A DNA stretch of 64,000 bases from positions 140,917 to 204,916 of the forward strand of contig NMRA01000104.1 in the NCBI GenBank assembly GCA_002633005.1, given 5' to 3'. This document shows positions 35,870-47,100 of the stretch, in pieces (within the stretch, counting starts at the first letter, position 1; each line of letters begins with the position of its first letter). The translations under genes and the position numbers were made by a program. The stretch is from Phoronis australis (lineage: Eukaryota; Animalia; Phoronida). The notes beneath the pieces are model-generated. The model saw nothing but the letters and a program-made list of their open reading frames with translations, had not been told where the DNA came from and made no database searches.

Positions 35870-37012
35870 ATGGCTGCTGCGACCGAAATTGGTGAACTTA
35901 TGCGAACCAGTATGAACACGGTGGCCAGGATATCGGAGGAGAAGAAAACCATGAAGTCACAAGAATACGCTTCGATTAGGCACGTCGTGCCAAAAAGCAA
36001 AATATCTCGAGCAATATTACACGATAATACGAGTCGCGATCGAGTACTTGAAAAACAAATAAGACGTTTAGACTTGAGGTGTCACAGGTTTCGCCTTGCT
36101 CAGGAGCAAAACATGCGGACATTTATGCACGTGCAGAAACGGAAAGCAGGAAAGTGGCGGTCAGATGACGAAACGCGCCTGAAAGCCATGAATCTACCAG
36201 TCTTGAATGAAAATGTGGACCATCGCCCATCCGGTGCGGAGATAGTTTACCGAAATCCTCGCTACAACGTCGAACCATCTTTACCTATTTACGTACCACT
36301 TAGAGAACAAATGTCAGTTGATATTCAGCGCACGGAGATCATCAAGTTCCAAAGCCAGGCTTTCTTGGCGCGATTACCATCTACGATAGATATCCCACAG
36401 CAGAAAATGAACAGATACGATTCTTATCGGGGCAAAAATAGATTGACTGAGCATTGGGCAGTCACAGACAACCGTTTTCAAAGACTCACGAGAACACTGG
36501 TTCCTGCTGAAAGCCTTACCAGTAAAAAGTTGGAGATACTGGGTAAATATTTGAAACAATCTAACGACGAAAATGAGGAGTCTGAGTCCGTCTCCAAAGA
36601 GTCATACGATGGATGCCCTAAGCAGGTGTTGCCATTAATTTTGCCGAAACGTTTCACTCCTAAAATAAAATTTAAGCAGCCTGTAACGGAACTTAACGCC
36701 GAGCAACCAACACTCGATCAGGTTACACACGATGATGTCCAGCAAGAGACAGGGAAAACTAAAATCATGACAGATGTGAAGAGTAAAAGTCTTCGTGAGC
36801 TGTCGCACAACTATGGGTTTATAACAACGGGCAAGACGAAATCGTTGCACGGGCCTGTGAAAGACTCTGCTACAACAGGAATCGCACGGGAAAGGACAGA
36901 GATTGTTCGCCCACTCAAAGATACGACGGGCTGTGGAAACGGAGAAGATGAGAGGATTCGTTTGCCTACTCTACAGTTATATTTTGCAAAGCGAAGCAAT
37001 ACAATTCAATAA
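35870..37012 (+). CDS. Uncharacterised protein (380 aa), single coding exon, N-terminal coiled-coil-like segment
   Basis: 1143-nt ORF with strong ACCATGG start; upstream acceptor TTACAG ending 35677. Confidence 0.8.
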   Translation: MAAATEIGELMRTSMNTVARISEEKKTMKSQEYASIRHVVPKSKISRAILHDNTSRDRVLEKQIRRLDLRCHRFRLAQEQNMRTFMHVQKRKAGKWRSDDETRLKAMNLPVLNENVDHRPSGAEIVYRNPRYNVEPSLPIYVPLREQMSVDIQRTEIIKFQSQAFLARLPSTIDIPQQKMNRYDSYRGKNRLTEHWAVTDNRFQRLTRTLVPAESLTSKKLEILGKYLKQSNDENEESESVSKESYDGCPKQVLPLILPKRFTPKIKFKQPVTELNAEQPTLDQVTHDDVQQETGKTKIMTDVKSKSLRELSHNYGFITTGKTKSLHGPVKDSATTGIARERTEIVRPLKDTTGCGNGEDERIRLPTLQLYFAKRSNTIQ

Positions 37013-40000
37013 AGCAAGGAGAGAGGGAGAAACAGAGAAAAAGGGGGTGGGGGGAGTGTGCAACCGCGAAAATTTAAAATTAATGCACTGCGTATCAATT
37101 AAAGATTAAAAGCAAACGTAAACAAAATAACTCAAAAATGAAAATAAAAAGGAAAATTGGCAAATGTATAAAATTACAAAAAGTAAAGAGAGGTTTTTTA
37201 ACTTTTTGAGGCGTTGTTTTTAATTATATATTGAAACGGGAACGATACGATCAAGTAAAGCTCGCCAAAATACGATGTGTTGAATAAATTACCTACAGAA
37301 TGCAATCAGAAATAACGAGAAGAATGTATGGGACGTAACATACGTTGATGCACTGAATATGTAAACGGGTTACGTTTTAGATTAAACATATTTATTATTG
37401 CATGTAATCAGCACATATGTAACAATTTTCTTCTTCGCTCTGTTCAAAGTAATTGTATAACGTGAATTCGTTGGATGTTGTATATTTGTTGAGAGTGTGA
37501 ACTCTAATCAGAATTTTTTTTTGAAAGAACATTTACTAGAAATGGAAGGTGTGTGCGGTAATCGTGATTTTCATGTTTTGAATAATTGCTCTATATGTTA
37601 TTATTTTGAATATATAAATGAATTTAGGGTTCTTTGTTGTTTACTGTCAATTGGCAAAATTTCTCAGCTGACGGAATGAGCCAAACAATATCACATTACA
37701 GTATTTCTCCGAGCCAGTACACAACTCGTAACGATCATACATAACAGATCCGAAAGATAAAAAAGTTTGAGGTTAATCTGTTTTATTCATTATAGCAAAT
37801 ACGTTTTGATTCATGCACGTTCTGTGAATTTATCTATTTTTGACGTACAGGTCCGAAGGAACACGGTCGGATTAGAAGCTGGTAAGAAATTTCACAATGA
37901 CACGAAGTCTCTGTGGGGGGTGTTTTGCGTTTTTCGGACGAACACAAAAAAGTGCTATCAAGAATTATTAGCTTTGTAGTAGAAAAAATTGCCAAAAAAA
38001 AAATCCGCAAACACTCCTGATGTAATTCGACAAAAAACGACTAGCACGCACTGCGAAGTAAATGAAGAAACAACAGTGAGATATACCTCCAGCAAAATCT
38101 ACTAGTTTCGAATATGAGTGCGGAGTCCAATGCGGCAATGTTAGCTCGTGTAATCCACGCAAATAGCGCCACATTACAAACACATATAATGAAAGGACGT
38201 CAATCTCACGCTAAAACTTTACTTGTCACTGAATCTGAACGTGTAGTGAAAAGTCTCAAATCAACCGAGTTATCATGCTGTATGTGTCTGTCAGTCAATC
38301 AGCCGGTGATTTCCGGTATCCCGCTTTTTACGAAAAGAGAAGTCGATAGGTCCGAGTCTGATGGGAACTCCACATCAAAAACGTGACCTCTGCGCTGAGC
38401 GGTCTATAGAAGAAAGAGAAATCGTCTATTTTCAGGTGATTTTTCTTTGCAACTTTGGCTGAAATGTCTGGACCCCTTCCCTAGATCCCCCTTTGCCCAC
38501 TGGCAGTCAGTCTGTCACTTCTCGGTGACTTTTTCCAGTCTAAATAATTGGATAATTTGCCAAGTCGTGTACTGGACTGCCTTTGTCAGATCGAAAACTT
38601 CACAAGTAAGTTATCAAGCGGATTCGATCAAATGGTAAGCTTTCAAATAACCAACAAAGCTGAGGCTGAGAACATGATTGTTGGAATAAACGCACGAAGT
38701 CCTTATAATGACAATTCCTGAAGACATACATGACACGTCATTATATAGCTCTGTCCTCTACACTGTATGATGGCGCAGACTATTGTTTCGCATGACGCTT
38801 TTTCTAGATGTCAAAAATCAGAAAACCGCTTCAATCATCTTTCCATTCTCGACTCCTAGTGTTGTAACACATTGTGGCACGCTACACCTACAGCCTCGCC
38901 CCCAAGCCTCAAGATGGCGCTAGTTTGGCTACACCTATCGCCGTCCAGGCGACATTTATGTGTTTGGCATTGTCCGCACTGGCAACATATTTTGCTGTTG
39001 GGATCAATCACCTCATTGGCAATTATTGACAAAAAAGAATTTTAATCTTACGTAATCAGAATCAGAATATGAATATACTCAGTTATTAATTGATTGCCTT
39101 ATTCTGAATTCATTTCATTTTCCCTATTCGACGAGGTGCTAACTGCAGATGATAAACCAAAAGGCTGACAAGACGGAATGTCCCAAGTCAGAAATTAGGT
39201 TTTTGTACATGTGACAAAATTACACGACGTTGTGCAAGTTTGTCATAGGCCTACAAGGATTTATGTTTGATATTACATCGTCCGCATCGTCCGTCAGAGG
39301 TCGCGCGCACCCTAGGGTTGTTAATGCAACGATTGTACGTTAAAGGAGTAATAAACCACACACCTTTCTTCCAAATCAGTCTTTGATTCAGGACACTCTC
39401 ATTCTCTTTCTTACTCAGATTAGAAATGATTCTTTTGGTGAGAAGAATTACTGATAGGCGTTGATACCAGTCCCAAGTTGTTCATGAGTCGGCATCACTG
39501 AGTTACAGCTGGGTCCAAGGCAGTATGACCATTCAGTGAATTTCAAGAGATTTATTACAACTTATTTCATTTCAAAGTACATGAAGACCATGATACTTTG
39601 GAAAAGCACATACTGAGACAGTGAAGAAAGTCTAAGCTTTCCATCACCAGAACATGGTTTGCAGTGTCCGCAGTAAAAAGCCGAAAATTTGCGTTTTGGT
39701 TTCTACTAAAGCTTGGTCTTTCCAATGACATGCCCACAGTTGCGTCCAACACACTGTCACATTCCTATTACGAAGTAATTTACGCCAATGAGTTGTTAAT
39801 GCTGTGCGTACGACTGTGTTTTGTTGGAACATTTCCGGTTCCGTCTTGGTCATCGAATGTCATCTGATACGATACATTGTCTAAGATCATCCAGCGTTAG
39901 GTATCCATGCTCTTTTTGAAAACTGGCTACAAGTTCTAGTTTATTTACACTATCACAGTATTGCGCATAAGAAGAGAAGTGTCCCATCTATAAGTGAAGA

Positions 40001-41305
40001 AAAACGGGAATACCCAATCTTGTGATGTAGAGAACACTGCAACTGAAGCGTGTTAATACTTGGATTCGGACATGGCTGGATGGCAGAAACAGTCTGAATT
40101 CAGATATCTTTCCAGCTCTAGCCTTAGAACTGCTTTGGACAGCCTATCGAACTACATGCCAAGAGTTTTTCAATAAGACATTTTTGGGTGTTAAAATCGT
40201 GTTACAGAACATTTCACAGTTGCGTTTTGGCTTAGACCTACTGCAATTGTACAACCTTTTAATCCAGATATTCAACCCAGTTGTCCCGTTTTTTCATTAT
40301 CGAATGTTGGTCGTGACAGCTACGCAAAATGTGTTCAAAATAACATTGACTCTTTGTTATGAATACTATTTTCCAGAGTTCACTTTGTTGAGTAACATGG
40401 CAATCGTAAAAATGTGTTCCAATGACTCTTGTTTACGGTAACATACACTCATGTACAAAGATCACTAATTTTTACTTCTACAGAAAATCCTACACTGCAA
40501 CCAATATACAGAGCTTTCCACAGTACATTTCAAAGCTATACAATAGATGGAGTTTGTCCATTTTCATCTATCAAAAACCTCTCTATGTAGTTGGAGTACG
40601 TAATTATTTTATAGTATATTTTATATCATATTTTTGTAAATGCCACTGCACCCTGAATTTTACTGAAGACCTCAATTGTATAAAGCGGCACCAAAGATCC
40701 ACTTAATATGCTAAGATGCGTAATTTTGGATGTATGCCTGACTAAATTCTTCATAGCAACTGTGAGGGATCCATGTTCTAAAAATTTTGCTTAAGTGTAC
40801 AAATCTTTTGAAACGTTGAAATTATTTCCTTGCTGGCTGAACTAGTCACTTACGTAGCCACCCTGGTTCATTACCTTTTTAGGTTATTATTACACCACGT
40901 TATTTTTCACATTTTGGCAACACTCTTAGATTTTAGAATTAAAATGGTTACTTTTAAACCTATCAGGTTTGCGAAATGATAAATGCACGCCCCTAGCCTA
41001 AAAATAGGGGGCTCGAATTTTTGGAAATGTGGACCTTTTACTAAGGATCACAGGTTGCGTTTAGAGTTATGAATGTACCGGGTGGGTGTTGGAGTTTGAC
41101 ACTTTACTGAAACATGTAATGAAATTAGTACCACAAAACCCAGCGTGAAAACAAACCACTAAGTGCGTTTGGTTATCTTGCAATATTCATTTGAAATTAG
41201 GACGCTAAAAAGCTAATAACTTGATTTCCATACATTTTACTTTGTACACCTTTAACAAATGATAAGTATGTGGCACACTTAGAACTACATGTCATAGCAG
41301 GGTAC

Positions 41306-43165
41306 TTAGGTTTGGACGAAAACGTTTGCATCTTTGCCAACTGAACTTTCTGCACGGCAGATGAATCCTTTATAATAAGCAGGGATGCTTTTCACGGAGA
41401 CGTCGAGGTTGTTTGTGTTCTCACTAGTTCTTCCGTACTGATCAAGCGAGGCTTTCTTTCGGTTGTACAAAATTGGAAGTTGACCTCCTTGCATATTGGA
41501 GACATATTCCCAAGACACGTCTGGAATGGGATCTCCGGACGCTGCGCATCTCAGCTGTAGCGTATCGTTCACCAACCGGACTCCAGTCTTGCTAGAGATG
41601 ATGTCGGGCTTCACGCACGAGAAGTCTACGTCACTGGTTTCATACAACACAGATTTGGTATGGGGCGTTCTGCAGTAAAGCGCTGATCCTCGCCTAAAGT
41701 AAGATTGTTTTGGAATCGCTTTGAGCCAGGCTACTTCACAGTTACAGTGAATGGGGTTGCCATAGATGCTGAGCATGTCTAAGTTGGAGAAAACGGGCTG
41801 AAGATCTTGCGCACGGAAGGTGGGAATTTTGTTCATGCTCACATAAAGGCGTTTGAGTTCTTTGAAGGACTGGAAATGGCTCGCTTTGATTTCGGTCAGT
41901 AAATTCCCACCCAGAACAGCCGTTACCAATTTGGGTGACTTCAATAAGCCCAAGCTATCTGGTAATACTGAAATTCGGTTGTTGCTTATATCAAATTGGG
42001 ATAAGTTCGGCAAATCCATGTGCTTTGGAACATCGTAAAATTTATTGAACGCCAACGAGAACGTTTGAAGACTCTGTAACTCACTAAAGACTGCGCCATC
42101 CTTCATATCAAGCTCATTTTTACGAAGCGAAAACCAATTGAGCCTTTTCATAGGTTGCAAAGACAATGGAGTCACTTTCGAAATCTTGTTGTCAGACAGA
42201 TCGAGCATTTCCAAACTGAAGAGACCATCGAATAATCCATTGTCGAGTTGTTTTACTTTGTTGCTGTGCAGGTCAAGCGTCGCCAGCTTTGCCATGCCAA
42301 AAAATCCCCTCTTGGCCAGCTCCGGTATATTATTCAAGTATAATCTCATCTCTTCAACGTTGCTGAGATATTGAAACATTCCTGGTTTCATTCGCAAATG
42401 ATTTGTATTCAAATCCACCATTTTCAAAGACGTCAATGGTTTGAATAAATCGGGATCAAAATCCGAGATCCTGTTGCGACCTAAGTAAAGCTTAGAGAGA
42501 CTTCCTAGGTCCTTGAAAGCTCCCGGGTGAATGGTGTGTATTTTGTTATTGTACAACCCAAGATAATAAAGGGACGTCAGTCCTGAAAAGACAAATGGGT
42601 GTATTTCTTCCAGTCTGTTGTTTTCAAATCTTAACCACGTGACACCTCTCAAATTTATGAAGGCATTACCGCCGGGTATTACTTGGAAGGAGTTATAACG
42701 GAAGTCAAGTGTTTCAAGTCCATCGATGCCAATGAAGGGTCCGTTGATGTCTTGTATTTGATTGGAAGTCAAGATAAGAGACTTTAACTTAGGGCACCCA
42801 ACAAACGAAGTGCCGTCAATAATTTGCAAATGGTTATTGGACAAATCCAAGAATTCCAAGTTTTGAAAGTCATCAAAAGCGTATGCTGCAATATTGTATA
42901 GGCCGGCGGATTTTAAAATCAGCTGCTCTAGTTGTCTCATGGCGGATAACTTTGCTGACGTCAACTCCCAGAGTAAACAGTCTATACAGTAAAACCTCAA
43001 AGTGCCACCAGGGATGCTGGAAGGAAGATCTTGCAACCCTTTGCACCTGATCTCACGTGATGCAGTGTTACAGGTGCACCCTGGTGGGCATTGTGAGAAA
43101 CATCGCGACGCGAGAACAAACGCCAGGAACAACAGCAGGAGGTGCCTGCTTCCGGTTGTTGCCAT
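41306..43165 (-). CDS. Secreted leucine-rich repeat + immunoglobulin domain protein (619 aa)
   Basis: Signal peptide, LRRNT CPPGCTC, roughly 17 LxxLxLxxNxI repeats, LRRCT NPIHCNCEVAWL, Ig domain LRCAASGDPIPDVSW...FICRAESSVG; acceptor TTTGGTTTGCAG 10 nt before ATG 43165. Confidence 0.93.
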   Translation of the reverse strand: MATTGSRHLLLLFLAFVLASRCFSQCPPGCTCNTASREIRCKGLQDLPSSIPGGTLRFYCIDCLLWELTSAKLSAMRQLEQLILKSAGLYNIAAYAFDDFQNLEFLDLSNNHLQIIDGTSFVGCPKLKSLILTSNQIQDINGPFIGIDGLETLDFRYNSFQVIPGGNAFINLRGVTWLRFENNRLEEIHPFVFSGLTSLYYLGLYNNKIHTIHPGAFKDLGSLSKLYLGRNRISDFDPDLFKPLTSLKMVDLNTNHLRMKPGMFQYLSNVEEMRLYLNNIPELAKRGFFGMAKLATLDLHSNKVKQLDNGLFDGLFSLEMLDLSDNKISKVTPLSLQPMKRLNWFSLRKNELDMKDGAVFSELQSLQTFSLAFNKFYDVPKHMDLPNLSQFDISNNRISVLPDSLGLLKSPKLVTAVLGGNLLTEIKASHFQSFKELKRLYVSMNKIPTFRAQDLQPVFSNLDMLSIYGNPIHCNCEVAWLKAIPKQSYFRRGSALYCRTPHTKSVLYETSDVDFSCVKPDIISSKTGVRLVNDTLQLRCAASGDPIPDVSWEYVSNMQGGQLPILYNRKKASLDQYGRTSENTNNLDVSVKSIPAYYKGFICRAESSVGKDANVFVQT

Positions 43166-44474
43166 ACTTCTAATGCTGCAAACCAAACGAATAATTGCTA
43201 CATTAAATATTTAAATTATTCTATTTTCCAAACGAAAATATTTCTAAGAAGCGACAGTGCCATCAAAAAATGATAATTGTACGTACAACAAGGAACAGTC
43301 CAGTGAGTGAAAACCCATTCTCTGTTAAAAGCCAGTGTCGAACCGCTGTAGCTGCTTACACAAAACGATTTACGTTTCAAACAGTGATGTTGAAATCACT
43401 ATGTAATCTTTGTCATTAAGCAGTTGTTTAACATTTATTGATTTCGATATGAAAAAAATAAATTTCCTTAAAGAAATTATCAGTTCAAAATAATTAATTT
43501 TAAGTCGCTACCACTTCAATGACGAAAAGTACTCAAGTGATCACGTTGCGCGTCTCTGCTTTGAAAACTGTTCAAGATACGTACAAACATGCATGCACAA
43601 AATTGGAACATTGCTATATCATGATAAGTTCAGGCAAGCATTTTTGTGGTCAAATTATTTGATACCAATTTTATATTAAAATAGTGCAATTCCTTTACAT
43701 GACAACATTCATGATATTTTCAACTTTTCTATGAACTTTTCTATTACATGAGGCGCTATATAATCATCGGTATACTCACTCAGCTGCGTACACCTTGGTG
43801 AGAGCAAGACAAATGGCTGTAATGTACTAGCATGCAAAAATAATGCACGGGTTCCGAGGGTAGTCATGTGAACGGGACACGTGTCGAGTGCAAGCAGAAC
43901 GACGAAAAGCTGATAAACTGCGTGACGAAGGCGACTTGATAATAGTTTCGTCACGGAATGTCAAAATTTTATGTCCTTGTTGATATTTTGCAAGATTCGT
44001 TCATTAATTTCATAGATGATGATAATCGTTCTGATCACAGACTTACGCTAGGTAAAGATAGGAAAATAGTATCATTATCAGAACGCACCTGCTTCAAACT
44101 ACACGGATAACCGGTGTTCGTTAGGTGTAAGCAGAGTCAACTAAAATTAAAACGGCAAACTCGTTGTATCACACTTCATGCCAACTCTTAAACAACATGT
44201 TCATGTCTTTCCGAAATTCACCGATGGCTCAACCGGCCTGCACCACGCCGTGTACGCACACTTCATGTTGTCGTCAGTGATAGAGTCTGATGCAGCGAAG
44301 CCAAGTCCAGCGTATTCAACATTTTGTTTACAAATATCAACTCAGTAAAGCAAACAACTTTTCCTTGTTTAAAATTTTAAAAGAAACTGTAGACAACGGC
44401 AATTATAGAATTGCAGCTATGCAAGCTAAGAATATTGACGTACAGCAGTCTGACTCGTAATTACGATGTAGTCC

Positions 44475-44878
44475 GGGGTCCTGAAGTCTAATGCTTGTAC
44501 ATGTACTCGAAATTAGTTTTTGTAATTTCTATTCTACAACTGAATATAAGTGTCTATTGTTCTAAGCTCGAGTATGTAATGACTTAAGTGGATAACTTTC
44601 TAAACCTAATTTACACTTGATGACCCCAGCATTCTAAAAGTTCGAGTCTGAAATTTAAATGTCGAGTTTTCAGTTACTCGTAATCTCTAGCTTTTCCTCG
44701 GGTTTGTAGCACGAATATAGGCGGTCATCAAGTGTAAACTAATGTGCATAAATTATAGTGTACCCGAGCACAGACTAATAGCCACTTATCTAGAGTTCGC
44801 ACAACAGTAAAACAGAAAATTCTAAAAAATAATTTCCAGTTCGCTTTGGAGTACCGGAAAGATTAGGCCCTGGCCCCA
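44475..44878. mobile_element. Degenerate palindromic MITE related to 10345-10717
   Basis: Shared ACTCG/CGAGT-rich internal motifs and GGGG...CCCC-AG ends. Confidence 0.5.
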
Positions 44879-45863
44879 GAGTACACAATAGTGTATCACA
44901 CCAACCTAGGTAAGGGTCTCATTGTATGAGCTCAGGAACAAAAGCACCCACTGCTTGCAAACCGTGCTATAGAAGAAATTTTGAAATGGATACAGGTCTC
45001 CCTCTCAAAACTCGGTCAGTGAAAGGAGGAAGCAATCTTTTCTTTCGGTAGACAACACTCTGAAATATCTGACATTACCACTTAAATCCATGAAAATTTA
45101 ATGCACGTAACAAAGTCTCGTCGGTTACTGTGATGGTACTGACAATCAAGCCGTATTCAATTATGTTTGACATGTCCTCGCATCTTCGGCTTGTCCGAAT
45201 ACTGCATTGATCTGTACATTAGCAGTGATGCAACATCCATCTTTTCTATTCAAATAATCACGCTAAAATTGACATGATACCCAGAAAATTGTGTGAAATG
45301 GACTGATTTTCAATTTTCCGTTGTGTTGATATCAACACTATTAAACACAATATCAACGAGAAAGTATCTGCCATATTAACGGACAATACTCCATTCCAAG
45401 AGAAAACATCTAATAATTGTAATCAATCAAGGTCTAAAAGTCTATAAAATTGACACAGAGGCGCAAAGCAAGACTCTATAGAGTGTTTAGAAAGTCAGGT
45501 AACCAGGTTATTTTTAACAGGTACATTGACCAATCTGGACATATTATGTAGAAAGGCAAATTACTTACTATAGAGAATAGCACCGGCGTGGTCTTATCTG
45601 CAGTATTTAAAACAAATTAAAAAACAGACTGAAAACTGTAAACCAAATTCTTGGCAAATCACACCTGTGCTGTCTTCCATGTTTAAAATTGGATAATATT
45701 GGTGAGGTGGCAACGACTAATTTAGAAAAGGTTGAATTGTTTTTGAAATATATTGTTAACAGGAACCATGCTAATACGTCCCCAATGAACTCAACAATAC
45801 CATGAAGAACCATGTTGAATTGAATGACCTCCGAATGACTCCAGTCTAAGTAAGAAAACTGTA

Positions 45864-46091
45864 AAGGGCTTGGAATGATGACCAATGACAAAAAAAGAGG
45901 AAAATTTTCCAGGTGACGTATCGTTCCACAGATAAATAGGTTTGTGTGATAGAAATATTTTGTCTTGTAAAATTTTACTGCAATTGACGTTTTTGCATGA
46001 ATAGAGGGAAAATAAAAATGACGAAAAAAGTGGAAACTGGAAATCAAATAAGAGGAAATCGAAACCAAAAAGAGGAAAATTCTAAGACCTG
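45864..46091. mobile_element. hAT-like element, relative of 777-1033
   Basis: AGGGCTTGGAATGATGACCAATGACAAAAA...GAGGAAAATTCTAAGACCTG aligns along its length with 777-1033; no clear TSD. Confidence 0.75.
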
Positions 46092-46699
46092 GGGAGGAAA
46101 TTGATACCAAAAAGGGCGATGCTTTTGATATAATAACTAGCACCATGCTGAAAATGTGTGCCCAGTCGCCCAACAAAATACTTTCATCTGGCTGCTTTCC
46201 ATCAACTAGACGGATGACCGGGAATATGATCTCACTTCACAAAAAGATTCAACTGCTGGGGATTCTAATTACAAGCCCATTACTTTATTTTGTACTCTAT
46301 CTAAATTGTTTTCTTGTCTGTAAACAATCATCTCCAGGATAATGATTTATTATATTCGTTGCAACTTGGTTTCCTTCCTCCGAAAAACTGTTTCTCAATT
46401 GATTGAAATTATCCATGAAACTGTGAGTTTCTGAAAGGCAACTTCGTCAGTCAGGTCCGTCTCTTAGGAGTTAGTATCAACGTTTGACGTTGTACCCCCA
46501 AAACTTTCTATTCATTAAATTAAAATCTTACGGAACCACTAGCTCTATGCTCAGCTTGTTCTTTCCTGTTGCTTCTATGGGGTTAAAGTAGACGGTGGGT
46601 TGTCTAGGGAAACGTCTTTGGGTTTTATATACGCCGAGGGTAGCCTTATGGTAGTGCTTTGGGCCCACTATCATTCCTCATTTTCATTAAGACAATGAT

Positions 46700-47100
46700 A
46701 TATCTGACTCACTTCTTTGAATATGTTATTTCTATGCAGACGATACTTGTATCTTCAACTCATTCCCAAAGACTAGTCTGAAGAATCTGTCCTCTTCAAA
46801 CTATCTCAATTTACTCCATGAATGGTCCGTGATTTGGGGTATGAATTTCAAACCAGCAAAATGTCATGACGTAACTTTCTCTCCATGCATAGTTAAACTA
46901 ATCTCAAGTTGATCACGTTTATCTCTTGATCATAGTTTAGGCCCTCAAAAAAGTTCTCATCGTCATCTTGGTGTAATTCTTAACAACCTCCATTGCTTCA
47001 AATTCTTAAAAATCCTTTCAACACGTTACCAAGGGTAATGGGGAGCTATCTCCTAGAAATTTTGTATAATGCTTTCAATTCATCTCATGTCGTTTTAATT
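46700..47100 (+). mobile_element. Decayed CR1/L2-type RT C-terminal fragment
   Basis: WGMNFKPAKC and HLGVIL motifs in broken frames. Confidence 0.5.

Noticed and set aside
45607-46176. 189-aa hydrophobic ORF
   Set aside because: Mostly the T-rich antisense reading of the hAT-like element at 45864-46091; non-ATG start
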